Assembly (NCBI RefSeq): GCF_006345805.1
Contig: NC_043014.1
Span: forward strand, 46,314,001 to 46,378,000
Origin: Octopus sinensis
Taxonomy: Eukaryota
Length of the DNA stretch: 64,000 nucleotides
Direction of reading: 5' to 3'
The translations under genes and the position numbers were made by a program. Shown in pieces: positions 24,922 to 37,403 of this stretch; position 1 is the stretch's first letter; each line of letters begins with the position of its first letter. The notes beneath the pieces are model-generated. The model searched no databases and was not told where the DNA came from. It saw only the letters and a program-made list of their open reading frames with translations.

Positions 24922-25475
24922 AGCCGGGCGAAATGCGTAGCTGTATTTCGTCTGCCGTTACGTTCTGAGTTCAAATTCCACCGAGGTTGACTTTGGTAAT
25001 CGACTTAATCCATTTGTCTGTCCTTGTTTGTCCTCTCTGTGTTTAGCCCCTTGTGGGCAATAAAGAAATAAGAAACGTTAGCATGCCGGGCGAAATGCTT
25101 AGTGGTATTTCATCTGCCGCTACATTCTGAGTTCAAATTCTGCCAAGGTTGACTTTGCCTTTCGTCCTTTCGGGGTCGATAAATTAAGTACCATTTACAC
25201 ACTGGGGTCGATGTAATCGACTTAATCCATTTGTCTGTCCATGTTTGTCCTCTCTGTGTTTAGCCCCTTGTGGGTAGTAAAAAAATAGGTATTTCATTTG
25301 TCTTTACTTCGAAGCTCAAATTCCACCAAGGTTGACTCTGCCTTTCATTATTCCGGGGGTCGATTAAATAAGTACCAGTTACGCACTGGGATCGATGTAA
25401 TCGATTTAATCCGTCTGCCTGTCCTTGTTTGTCCTCTCTGTGTTTAGCCCCTTGTTGGTAGTAAAGAAATAGGTA
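24922..25475 (+). mobile_element. Head-to-tail multimer of SINE family B (about 3 units)
   Basis: The core-plus-tail unit is repeated, with junctions at about 25070 and 25290. Confidence 0.85.
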
Positions 25476-26929
25476 TGTGACTAGGCACCCAGAGAGGATG
25501 TGAAAGATCATTTCATTATTCTACAACTTTTGATATTCATGTTCCATCTTCCTGTTTTATATTTGTAAGTGTTTATGGCTAAGCGTTGGTGTTGTGCAGC
25601 TAAAAATCAAATTCCCCCCGTCTTTTAAACCATTGTTGGATTTCAATTTGGTCCTGCTTCCTCTTCATCGAACCCAGCAGGGTATTATTGGCTCTGGTGT
25701 AGAAGAATAAACAAGCTTTCACTTTACCTGTATTTACCTGATGAAAGTTCACTGATTGCAATAAAAAATTTTTTGAATAGGGCATCATTTTTTTCAAAAT
25801 TAACTTTATTTTTCTTCCACAATTAAAACTCCAAGCTGTTGTATGAATTTCCTCGTCCCCCCTTCTCCCATCTCGTCCCACAAAATTTATAAAATAAACA
25901 AAGAAATGTTGTTGTAATAACTGTTGTTGTGTTGATTCGCTCAGCTATAAATCCCTTCAACCACTAATATACGTTGCTGCAAGTGAGGCTACCCCAACCC
26001 CCATTGATGTTGAGGTTGTGATTGCTCCCCAAAATAGAAGTGGTTGTGGTTGTCTTACAATAGAAGGTGTTGTTGTTATTGTTGTGGTGGTTGTTACTCC
26101 ATTCTCTTCTCAAATAGTTATTGTTGTTGTTGCTGTTTGTTTGTTTGTTGAGTGAAGCGGTCTTCGTCCTAGAAGTCCGAAACATGCTCCTTTGCTATTC
26201 GTAAGACCCGCAGAAGAGAGCAGGTCAACCCCCGACACCGAGAGCATTGACAGATGGATGAATGCGCATCCAGACTCAGCGGTTGCGTAGGAAGTCGGGG
26301 ACAAGAAACAGGAAGAAAGAGTGAGAGAAAGTTGGATCGAAAGAGTACAACAGGGGTCGCCACCACCCCCTGCCAGAGCCTCGTGGAGCTTTAGGTGTTT
26401 TCGCTCAATAAACACATGCAACGCCCGGTCTGGGAATCAAAACCACGATCCTCCGACCGCGAGTCCGCTGCCTTAACCACTGGGCCATTGCACAATCCAC
26501 TGTTGTTGCTGTTGTTGTCATCATGGTTGACCCAATAGAAGTCCAATATTGCCATGCAACAAGCAGTAGAGAATTGTCTTCAAGATGAACTGAATTTGAG
26601 ATTTGAATTTCTCAGACAAAACATGAGAATTGTACTGAAGGCACCTGTGGTAGAGAGGAACAAACGACAAGCATTCCTCTTGGAATATAGTCCCAAAATG
26701 AGGAAATGCCATGCCTCGTTAACACTTATTTCACTTATCACTTATTTCATTATCAGTTGTCAAGGGTGGTGAGTGGATTGTTTTGGTGAGGGTGGTAGGT
26801 AAAAGTTACTTTGAGCTTTTGGTTACATCCTTTTATGATTTGAGTTCAAATTTACCAGGAAGTCAAATTTGCATTTCTCATCACTCCAGGTGTGGTGGGA
26901 GTGAGAGGGGTAAAATAAAGGGTTATTCA

Positions 26930-27350
26930 AGTCCTGGGTTTCAATGTAATCGGCTATCCCCTGGAAATTTTCAAGGCCAATTCTGCCAAGGTCGACTTTT
27001 CCTTTCATTCTTTTGAGGGTTGATAAAATTTGTACCTGTTACACACTGGAGTCGATGTAATCAGCTATCCCCTTTCCCCTGGAAATTTTCAAGGCCAATT
27101 TTGCCAAGGTCAACTTTTCCTTTCATTATTTTGGGGGTCGATAAAATAAGTACCTGTTACACACTGGACTCGATGTAATTGGCTATCCCCTTTCCCCTGG
27201 AAATTTTCAAGGCCAATTCTGCCAAGGTCAACTTTTCCTTTCATTCTTTTGGGGGTCGATAAAATAAGTACCTGTTACACATTGGAGTCGATGTAATCAG
27301 CTATTCCCTTTCCCCTGGAAATTTTCAAGGCCTTGTTCCCTAGAGTAGAA
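26930..27350 (+). repeat. Tandem ~120 bp array (3-4 units) derived from a SINE B variant
   Basis: The unit …ggaaattttcaaggccaattctgccaaggtc…gtcgataaaataagtacctgttacacactgg… is repeated. Confidence 0.8.
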
Positions 27351-28001
27351 ATAATTATTTTTATTAATGTCAATGTTGTGGCTGTGAGTAGTAAACTCTT
27401 GCTGGGTACCGAGACCCAAAACCTCAGAAAAAAAAAAGATTTAGTTTGATTCTTCATCCAAAGTTCTCATCATTTCCCTCTCTGAATTCTAATGGCTGGA
27501 AAACAAACAAAAACAATGACAAAAGTTTCAATCTTCAGAGCCTGTATAAAAAAAAAAACAAAAGTATATTACAATTGTTGTTGTTCGTCGTCGTCATCAC
27601 TATCGTCATCATTGATGTCGTTGTTGTTAATGTTTTTGTCTTGGTGACCATAAGAAAATAATTTGTTCCTCCTCCTCATCATCATCATAATCACCACCAT
27701 CGCAAAATGTATCAAAGTGTATGTGTCTGTGGGTGTATGCATTCATGTATGTATGTAGGAATATCCGTCTGTCTTTTTTTTTTGTACTTTTCCTTTTATT
27801 TTTTTAGGACTTTATGATTCTCTAAAATGACATATGTATATGTATATATATATATATATAAAATATGCATGTATACATAAACATCCATGTGTTTTTATAT
27901 ATGTGTGTGTATATATATATATATATATGAATGATATATCCATGTTCAATATATATATGTGTGTATATATATATATATATGATATATCCATGTTCAATAT
28001 A

Positions 28002-28034
<33 letters not shown>

Positions 28035-28725
28035 GATATATCCATGTTCAATATATATATATGTGTATATATATATATATTATATATATATATTAATAAT
28101 AATAATATTTCTCTAGTAATGATAGTTATTTGTCATTACTGGCCAAATATTTACTATCACCATCAGTGCCACCCTGACTCTTTGTTAAAAAAAAAATCAC
28201 TGCCACAAAAAAAAAATAATTAATAATAATAATAATGATGATGATTATGATAATGATATCAATGATACGAAAAAACAAAAATGAGAAAAATCACTTGGAT
28301 AAAAAAAACTTAACTTTTCTTCATTCACTGACAAAAGAAATAGAAAGAAAGAAAGAAGTATTATTATTATTACTACTTATAATGATGATGATGATGATGA
28401 TGATCACAATACAAAATGACTTCTTGCAGAAACGTGACAAAAAAAAATAAAAAAAAAAACAAAATAATTGAACTCGAGAAAAAATACTTGCAAAAAAAAA
28501 GACCAAAAGAATATAAACTAAAAAATTTAAAAAATAAATTCGAATATTACTCCCCCCTTCTTCCCCCCACAAAAAAAACATCAAAACGGAAAAAACAAAA
28601 AAATTATAAAAAATTTTTAAATGATTTAAATAAATATAAAAAAAAATTTGAAAATAAAAAAAAAAATTCAAGGAATGTTGTTACTGTTGTTTTTATTGTT
28701 GTTGTTGTTGAGCTTTCAAGTCAGT

Positions 28726-29190
28726 TCTGATTGAAGACAATCAAGCCAGGCCATTGTATAAACCAGATATGGGTAGCATTTATCGAGAAGGAAGGAATTG
28801 TGCCAAATTTTGGCATTGTAAGCTACACCAATGCTAGAACAAGACGACACTGCATAGTACCAAAGATCCTAGCAATGCCATCGTGCTTCAGGACCAGCTT
28901 CTGCCACAGCCTGGGTTTCAAGGGCCCACAGCTTTTTAATATTCTCCCAAAGAGTCTGAGGAACTTGCACAAAGTAGATGTAGCGGTTTTTAAATCAAAG
29001 CTGGACCTCTTCCCGTCGAGAGTCCCAGATGAACCTACCTCACAGCAAGAGCTGCAAATGAGAGTAGCTACATCAAACTCCATTCTTCACCAAGTGCCAC
29101 ATATTAGACGAGGTTCTTCGCAATAACAGTGTAGCACAAAACGGCGGTGCATCAGCATGGCCGCAGCTCTGAGCTGAAACTAGAAAAAAA
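28726..29190 (+). mobile_element. 5'-truncated CR1/L2-group LINE 3' end (ORF2 C-terminus, UTR and A tail)
   Basis: ORF 28731-29126 contains …VPNFGI…HCIVPKI…SLGFKGPQLFNILPKSLRN…FKSKLD…VPDEP, a typical post-RT domain. The tail is cagcatggccgcagctctgagctgaaactag(A)n. Confidence 0.8.
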
Positions 29191-29214
29191 ATATATAATA
29201 TGTATATATATATA

Positions 29215-29605
29215 CAGTAATCGTGCCAAATTTTGGCATTGTAAGCCATACCAATGCTAGAACGGGACGACACTTCATAGTGCCAAAGATCCCAGCAATG
29301 CCATCACGCTTTAGGACCAGCTTCTGCAACAGCCTGGGTTTCAAGGGCCCACAGCTTTTTAATATTCTCCCAAAGAGTCTGAGGAACTTGCACAAAGTAG
29401 ATGTAGCGGTTTTTAAATCAAAGCTGGACATCTTCCTGTCGAGAGTCCCAGATGAACCTACCTCACGGCAAGAGGTGCAAATGAGAGTAGCTACATCAAA
29501 CTCCATTCTTCACCAAGTGCCACCTATTAGACGAGGTTCTTCGCAATAACAGTGTAGCACAAAACGGCGGTGCATCAGCATGGCCACAGCTCTGAGCTGA
29601 AACTA
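29215..29605 (+). mobile_element. Second tandem copy of the same LINE 3' end
   Basis: ORF 29223-29549 is nearly identical to the 3' part of ORF 28731-29126, with the same tail. Confidence 0.8.
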
Positions 29606-30924
29606 GGGGAAAAAAAAAAAACAGAAGTGGGGCCACATGAGTCAGCTCATCATGAAAAAAGTTCAAGGCAATTGTTTTGTTAGGCTTGCCAGGGGTAAAC
29701 TGCGGGCTACAGCTTACTCCCGGCTGGGGTAAACCCAAAAGACAATATTTTCTAACGAGTTGTTTGTACATCAAATGGAATGCTTGGCAAATATTTTTCC
29801 AGTTATTTGTGGGTTCTAAGTTCAAATCCTACCAAGGCCAACTTTGTCTTTCGGTCTTCAGGGATTTATTAATTATGCAAAAGACTTGTACCAGGGATTG
29901 GAGCTAATTGTTCTTTCTCTCGCTTTCTTCCCTTCATACCTCTCTCACTTTCTCTCACCTTTTATCCCTCTCTTTCTCTCCCTCTCTCTCCCTTTTTCTC
30001 ACTCTTCCAATCTATCACTCTCTCACTCTCATTTTCTCTCTCTCTCCTCTCTCTCACATACACACTCATTCTCCTTTACTTTCACTTTCTCTCTCACTTT
30101 CTCATCTCTCTTTGTCTCACTCTTTTCCTCACTCAATCTCTTTCTTTCTCTCCCTCTCTGTCTTTCCCTCATCTCCGCCCCCCCATTCTCTCTCTGAATC
30201 GGTTACATTGTGCTCTGAGAATTGTCTTGCATGTGAGGGTGTGGCAAGGGGGAAGGCCACACATTCAACATCCATTTTTTTACAGAAATGGGGAAGAGTT
30301 GAACAAAGATGATGGGAGAAAAAGGGCCAGATATCCTTTGGGATCTGTCCAAGGATGGTCACTCAGTGTGAAAGAATTGCACAGAATGGAAATAAAAAAA
30401 CACATCAAAGAACTGGACCCTAAAACTATGTTATCTCATGTATCCTTTCTCTTGTTGTTTAGCCCCTCAAGTAGACCCTAATCTAGCAGACCAATAACCA
30501 AATGTATTCAAGTTGGAACCATTCCACTTTTGGTTGTTTTTTTGTTTCTTTTTGTATTGTTTGATGCTTATTTTTGCACCGGACTATATTAGCCATCGAG
30601 TCCGTCCCCTTTAATTGAAATTAAATTTCATGGACTTTCAAATAATGTTCTACAAGTCACATTGCCTCAATGAATTTGGATATATCTCAAGAGAAAAATG
30701 ATTTCAAACATAACATTCCTCAACAAAATATAAATTGGTATATATAAACTGTTTTCCACTGTTAAGGGTGATAAAACTTTGAGTGGCCACCTCCACAGAA
30801 ATATGGCTATAAGCATTTGGATGTGATTCAAAGGAGATTTGGCTTTATTTAAAACCTATTGAAGGACTAGAATTTTGTCCACACTTCTCTACCACCACCA
30901 TCACCAACAATGGTTTCAAATTTT

Positions 30925-31510
30925 GGCACAAAGGCAGGAAGTCGAGTACATCGACGCTAGTGTTTCAATGGTACTTATTTTCCAGTTTATCGACCCTGAA
31001 AGGATGAAAAGCAAAATCAACCTCAGCAGAATTAGAACTCAGAACGTAAAGACAGACAAAATGCTGCTGAGAATTTTGCCTGCTATGGTAACGATTCTGC
31101 CAGCTCACCACCTTTGTCATCTCCAATAATCCTTTCTATTATAGGCACAAGGCCTGAAATTTGTGGTGAGGGAACTCATCAACTACATCAACCCCAGTAC
31201 GCAACAGGTGCTTGTTTCATCGACCCCGGAAGGCAAAATTGATTTGAGCAGAATTTGAACAGAGAACGTGAAGACGGACGAAATACCTATTTCTTTATTA
31301 CCCACAAGGGGCTAAACATAGAGGGGACAAACAAGGACAGACATAGGTATTAAGTCGATTACATCGACCCCAGTGCGTAACTGGTACTTAATTTATCGAC
31401 CTCGATAGGATGAAAGGCAAAGTCGACCTCGGCGGAATTTGAACTCAACGTAACGGCAGACGAAATACCGCTTAGCATTTCACTCGGCATGCTAACGATT
31501 CTGCTAGCCT
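30925..31510 (-). mobile_element. SINE family B multimer
   Basis: Reverse-complement copies with a tail-to-core junction at about 31285. Confidence 0.8.
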
Positions 31511-31811
31511 TTACGATCACCAATCGTTAGAATATTTGCAGAAAAGGGTCATGGAGGATTTCCTAATAGGAAAAGGTTCCGGTCGGAGCTTAACCCTCCA
31601 TGGAGCCGTAAAAGTGCTTGCGAAATGTACATGATGTCTTGGATATTTTATGGGTTTGATGTGTTACAAACACAAAATATATCTGAGAGAGACGATATAT
31701 TACCTGTTGTCATGAATCTCGGGTCGTTATTGAAAAAATACGATTGAAAATATAAATGGCAGAAATACAGTTCGTCTGATGGGTCTTTGAAGTATCGTGA
31801 CTTGATAGAGT

Positions 31812-31945
31812 GGCGTCCCCAAAGTCCATCCCCTCCTCACCGTGGTGGGGACGCTGGCAACGGGTAGTGTCAGAGCTATGCCGTCGGGAACTTCGGTTCC
31901 TGGTAGGGCCACCCAAGGCGGATTGGTCTGACACCGAGTGGTATT
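31812..31945 (+). ncRNA. HDV-like ribozyme candidate / structured RTE 5' UTR
   Basis: P1 GGCGUCC(31812-18)/GGACGCU(31849-55) followed by GG; a CCUCCUC L3-like segment; P4 domain GUGUCAGA/UCUGACAC enclosing a C(UUCG)G hairpin; then CGA and GUGG pairing with CCAU(31826-29). P3/L3 is non-canonical. Confidence 0.4.
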
Positions 31946-32510
31946 AGGGCCACAACCCGGCAGACGGGGCTCTGGTGAAAATCCTCAGAGTGTCTGTTTC
32001 GGCAACCGGCGGCTCCTCGGTGGTCGTTCTGTCCCTGCGTCTGCGGACAATCTGCGGCAAACAGGATGTCTCCACATGCGCGATTGTTGGGGACCGCTTG
32101 TGAAATTCATATTTCCACGAAACTTCTTCCACTAACATGGTTCGAAATGCCTCGAGGGTGGTGGAAGAAGCCGACTCAACCCGCCCAGGGTGAATGTCGC
32201 CACAAGTACAAGTAAGTATTGGATAGTTTGCTAATTTTGCTATTGATAAAGTCGACCCTGTGAAAGGTAGGAGAGTCCAGTTTGCTGGACATTGTTGTAG
32301 AGCTGAAAACGAGGCAATTTCTACTCTTCTCCTCTGGAAGCCATCTACTCGCAATACCAGAGGGTGCACACTCTCCTACCCTGATGTAATCTCCAGGGAT
32401 ACAGGCATCCAGCAACAGGACCTCCGTAATGCCATGATGGACCGTGAAGTCTGGCATAGCATGGTAAATTCCATTGTCTCGACCACGGTCGAACAATGAT
32501 GATGATGATG
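31812..32510 (+). mobile_element. Internally deleted (non-autonomous) RTE-clade element: structured 5' UTR joined to ORF2 C-terminus and (GAT)n tail
   Basis: The 3' part encodes RRVQFAGHCCRAENEAISTLLLWKP…DTG…AMMDREVW, an RTE C-terminal pattern, then gatgatgatg. The 5' part contains gagctatgccgtc…gtagggccacccaaggcgg, which I recall from RTE/BovB-type 5' UTRs. Confidence 0.7.
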
Positions 32511-32529
32511 AGAAGTAAGTATAGAGTAA

Positions 32530-32810
32530 GTAAACTAGGAGATCAGAGATGATCTCCAGGTGGAAACAGTATCTCTCTGAATTGAGAGGTCACAGCTCCA
32601 ATATTACGGACATGTGGCAAGAATGTTGCAGGAAAGAAGTACCGAACAGGTCTTATTAGCAAAACCAACTGGCGAGGAAGATGGTTGGATACCATTGGTG
32701 AGATCGGTTGCTCTTGCTTAGAGATCCAGTTGAATCAATCGGAGATGGTTGCTTGTGACAGAACCCGATGGAAGATCTACTTGAGGACTCTTACTGCAAG
32801 ACCTTCCCAG
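32530..32810 (+). mobile_element. Degenerate RTE ORF2 3' fragment
   Basis: QLQYYGHVARM…QVLLAKPTG…DRTRW. Confidence 0.55.
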
Positions 32811-33571
32811 GAGTAAGTGCTACTTGAAACCATGTCTTTCGGAATCAAGCTTCTGTATAGCAATCACCATAAAAAGATAGATGTGGCAATTGTTAGAATG
32901 TTAAATTTGATTATCTACACACCAATGCACACACACACACACACACACACACGCATGCACACACGCGCACGTACACACACACAGACACACACACACGCAC
33001 GCAAACACATACACACATTTGGTTAAATGTATGCAGAGATCAGAGGAAGACAAGGGAAATAACTCTAAATAGCAATCCAGTTAGGGAGATGACTCCGTTG
33101 TTCTTTGGCATGATAGCTGAATTATTTGCCTTTATTTTAAAATGGTTTACTATTTATTTCATTCATCAGTTGTGTTGACACACATGTACAATTTCCTATT
33201 TTTTGTTGGTCGCAAGATTCAGGTGTAACAAGATTCAGGTGAATAAGGTACTTAAAGTTGAGGCACCTGGTTAGGTCAGAATAAACTGCACACAGCAATT
33301 AAGGATGAATACCAACTTTGTTACAGAAGTACTGGCAGAATGATTTTCGGGTAATATAAGCAGTTTATTTGACCCATCGAAAGTGAAAGTAAGTAATGAG
33401 CATATATGAGATATTTCGGGGTTTTTTTTCACTCCTTCATCAGCTCCCTTAACGAAATACCACGCCCCTACAAATCATTAGTATTTACGTACTAGCTTCC
33501 AGGTATGCCTTTCATATGTACATTGGTATATCCTATAACTTTGCACCGTTATGTACGGAGGCTATTTATTT

Positions 33572-33990
33572 ATAGGCGTGGGAGTGGCTGTGTGGTAAGT
33601 AGCTTGCTTACTAACCGCATGGTTCCGGGTTCAGTCCCACTGTGGGGAACCTTGGGCAAGTGTCTTCTACTATAGCCTCGGGTCGACCAAAGCCTTGAGA
33701 GTGGATTTGGTAGACGGAAACCGAAAGAAGCCCGTCGTATATGTGTATGTATATGTATATATGTATGTGTATGTGTATACGTCTGTGTGTGTGTTTGTCC
33801 CCCCGCCCCAGCATCGGTTGACAATCGATGCTGGTGTGCTTACGTCCCCGTAACTTAGCGGTTCCGCCTAGGAGACCGATGGAATAAGTACTAGGCTTAC
33901 AAAGAATTATTCCTGGGGTTGATTTGGTGGACTAAAGGCGGTGCTCCAGCATGGCCAAAGTCAAATGACTGAAACAAGTAAAAGAGTAAT
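33572..33990 (+). mobile_element. Full-length tRNA-headed SINE, family A (working name)
   Basis: Head aggcgtgggagtggctgtgtggtaag…ggttccgggttcagtccc, internal (TA/TG)n, tail ggcggtgctccagcatggcc..agtcaaatgactgaaacaagtaaaagag. Other copies lie at 44370-44765(-), 51855-52290(-) and 63015-63425(+), plus fragments. Confidence 0.9.
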
Positions 33991-34454
33991 GTGTTAGAGG
34001 ATGATTAATGGGTTAGCTGGGTGCTGATGAAGGGGCAACCCCACCCCAACGAAATATGGCATTTGCGACTATTACCCATTTTCATCTTTGATCTCTGACA
34101 TCTCGTATATGAAAGGTTGTAGCAAAAATCAATACTGGCTATAATTAGTGTAGAAATAACCTTTTCTGTTGGCACTCCGTCGGTTACGACGATGAGGGTT
34201 CCAGTTGATCCAGTCAACGGAACTGCCTGCTCGTGAAAGTAACGTGCACGTGTACCTTAACGTTGTTCTTGGGGGAGATTCAGCGTGACACAGTGTGTGA
34301 TAAAGCTGGCCCTTTGAAATACAGGTACAACAGAAACAGAAAGACAAAGTGTGAGAAAGTCATGGTGAAACAAAACATGCAAATCCGCATACATACATAC
34401 ATACATGCATGCATGCATACATACATAAATACATACACACACACATACGTAAAA

Positions 34455-34690
34455 CGTAGGTAGGTAAGTAGGTAGGTAGGTAGGTAGGTAAGTAGATGGG
34501 TAGGTAGGTAGGTAGGTAGGTAGGTAGGTAGGTAGGTAGGTAGGTAGGTAGGTAGGCAGGTAGGTAGGTAGGTAGGTAGGTAGGTAGGTAGGTAGGTAGG
34601 TAGGTAGGTAGGAAGGCAGGTAGGCAAGTAGGCAGGTAGGCAGGCAGGTAGGCAGGCAGATAGGCAGACAGATAGATGGACGGACGGATG
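34455..34690. repeat. (AGGT)n/(AGGC)n tetranucleotide microsatellite
   Basis: Direct reading. Confidence 0.95.
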
Positions 34691-35174
34691 GACATACCGA
34701 CAGCATTCTTCTTAATGTGGATATAGAGTAGAAAGCCATAAAACTGCAGTATTCGTCTCGAGAAAGAATATCGTATAGAAATATAGTGTTAAAAGTCACA
34801 GAAGTAGCAGATATAAAGCAACTTGCAGGGGTGGCAATATTACTAAGTCTAGATTCCCAGGATTTTTCTTCTATACCTGGACTTTATTTCCCATTACTCC
34901 TACTACAACTACAGGGTTTTTATTTCTATAAGAGCATGGTCATCAGCATATATCAGTTTCCAAAGGCAACATGTCTAATTTCCTCTGTTATGGTCTGGGG
35001 TGAGCTGTAAACCGTGGAAAATCTGCCCAAACAAATTCCGTCCGGCCCATGCTTGCACGACAAAGTGGACGTTAAAACAATGACGACGACGATGATGATG
35101 ATTATGATGATGGCGGCGGCGGTGGTGATGGTGGTGGTCGTCGTCATAATGATGATAACTGTTTAAAATTCATA

Positions 35175-35400
35175 GTTGGCAGAAACGTTAACACACCGGG
35201 CGAAATGCGTAGCCTTATTTCATCTGCCGTTACGTTCCGAGTTCAAATTCCGCCCAGGTCGACTTTGCCTTTCATCCTTTCGGGGTCGATAAATTAAGTA
35301 CCAGTTACACACTGGGGTCGATGTAATCGACTTAATCCCTTTGTCTGTCCTTGTTTGTTTCCTCTGTGTTTAGCCCCTTGTGGGTAGTAAAGAAATATAT
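35175..35400 (+). mobile_element. SINE family B copy
   Basis: Near-consensus copy. Confidence 0.85.
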
Positions 35401-36094
35401 TAGTTTATAAATATGTTAAATTCCTATGTTAAAACAAATTGAGACGGAGCTTAGTTTTCATTTAAAAAATGTTAAATCTGAAAAAAGTTAAATCTGAAAA
35501 AAACCAAACGTAAAATGTTTTTTATTCAAGTTCTTTGACAGTGGATTCATACACAAGAACTATAAAATTTAGACCATTTTCCAGTAAAATAATAGATAAA
35601 ATTTAAAGGGAAATAACTCATATACGTTTACAGTTTCACTGTAGTTATTTCCCTTACTTCGTTCAATGAATTTATTTTACAATTTGAACGATTCGTTTAT
35701 TTCTAAAACTAATTTTTATATTGCCACAACTGCGCTTGAAGATTGTCTTTGACAAGTGGCACCACATGTACTGTAGTCTAGGTGGTCTCTAAGGAAACTA
35801 GGTGTCGATGAATGGCTTGTGAGGGCCATACAAGCTATATGCAATGGTACATTCAACAAAATGGATGAGTGCGTATGCATGTGTGTGTGTGAGCGTGTGT
35901 GCGTGTGAGTGTGCGTGCGTGTGTATATGTGCGTGCGTGTGTGTGCATGTGTGTGTGTGTGCATGCATGTGTGTGTATATGCATGTGTGTGTATGCATGT
36001 GTGTGTGAGTGTGCGAGTGTGTGCATGTGTGCATGTGTGTGTGTATGCATGTGTGTATGTGTATGTGTGCGTGTGTGTGTGTGTGTATGTGCGT

Positions 36095-36137
<43 letters not shown>

Positions 36138-36684
36138 AAGATATGCTGTTTAGTTTAACTTCATGTCCTTACAGTTGTTACTGATTTTAGGAATGTTATT
36201 GTTTAGCTAAAAATCTTTGTAATCAGTATTAAAACGTCCAGATAAGCTCAGGAGTTTGTAAATAAAATTAGGTAAACCAACGTAGGGATTAGCAAAGGCA
36301 GTGAGCTGGCAGAAATGTTAGCACGCCGGGCGAAATGCTTAGCAGTATTTCGTCTGTCTTTAAGATCCCCTATGGTCGACTTCGCCTTTCATCCTTTCGG
36401 GGTCGATAAATTAAGTACCAGCTACGCCCTGGGGTTGATATAATCGACTTAATCCCTTTGTCCTTGTTTGTCCCCTCTATCTTTAGCCCCTCGTGGGCAA
36501 TAAAGAAATAAGAAACATTAGCATGCAATCGACCCCAGGACTTATTCTTTGTAAGCCTAATACTTATTCTATCGGTCTCTTATGCCGAACCGCTAAGTTA
36601 CGGGGACGTAAACACGCCAGCATCAGTTGTCAAGCGATGTTGGGTGGGTGGGGGACAAACACAGACACACAAACATATGCACAC

Positions 36685-36767
<83 letters not shown>

Positions 36768-37074
36768 TATATACGACGGGCTTCTTTCAGTTTCCATCTA
36801 CCAAATCCATTCACAAGGCTTGCCACAGTCAAATGACTGAAACAAGTAAAAGAGTAAAAGCATAAATAGTACATCAGGCAAAATGCTTAGCGGTATTTTG
36901 TCTGTCTTTACGTTCCACTGTGGTCGACTTTGCCTTTAATCTTTTTGGAGTCAATAAATTAAGTACCAGTTACACATTGGGGTTGATGTAATCGACTTAA
37001 TCCATTTGTCTGTCCTTGTTTGTCCTCTCTGTGTTTAGCCCCTTGTGGGTAGTAAAGAAATAGGTATACACCTG

Positions 37075-37330
37075 AGGAAAAATTATCTATTTAAAAAAGT
37101 AGAGTGCTTTCGTTGTGGAAATATAGGACATATAAAGACAACTGTAGACAAAAGAAGACAAAACAGCAGAACAAAGGAAGGAAAATAAATAGTATGTCAT
37201 CGGAAGAAATTAGTTATATAACGATGAAGAAATTCATAAAGGTGAAAATCAGAAATAAAGGTGTTAAAATACAGTTGTACACAGGTAGTGATATTACCAT
37301 TATAAACGAAAACAATTGGAAATATAGTTC
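37075..37330 (+). mobile_element. Ty3/gypsy remnant: gag CCHC zinc knuckle plus aspartic protease start
   Basis: A frameshifted CFRCGNIGHIK.NC knuckle followed by VKIQLYTGSDITII (D-T-G active site mutated to Y-T-G). Confidence 0.75.
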
Positions 37331-37403
37331 TATATTTAAGAGATGAGGAATTATGTACATTATTTACATTCGACAGATATTTGTCCTCATCTTGTTTGTT
37401 GTT

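Noticed and set aside
26150-26290. GC-balanced segment with open frames on both strands
   Set aside because: No convincing splice sites, truncated by a SINE C copy, and no recognisable motif.
30275-30481. Coding-like frame NGEELNKDDGRKRARYPLGSVQGW… after a ttttttacag acceptor
   Set aside because: No good donor, no recognisable homology and no compatible neighbouring exon. It may be an old TE relic.
31875-31926. Twister-ribozyme reading of the CCCAAG/AGGG segment
   Set aside because: The element order and spacing do not fit any twister permutation.
33572-33660. tRNA-like A/B boxes in SINE heads as additional tRNA genes
   Set aside because: They lack a complete cloverleaf and continue into repeat bodies. 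Only 44778-44849 is a true tRNA structure.
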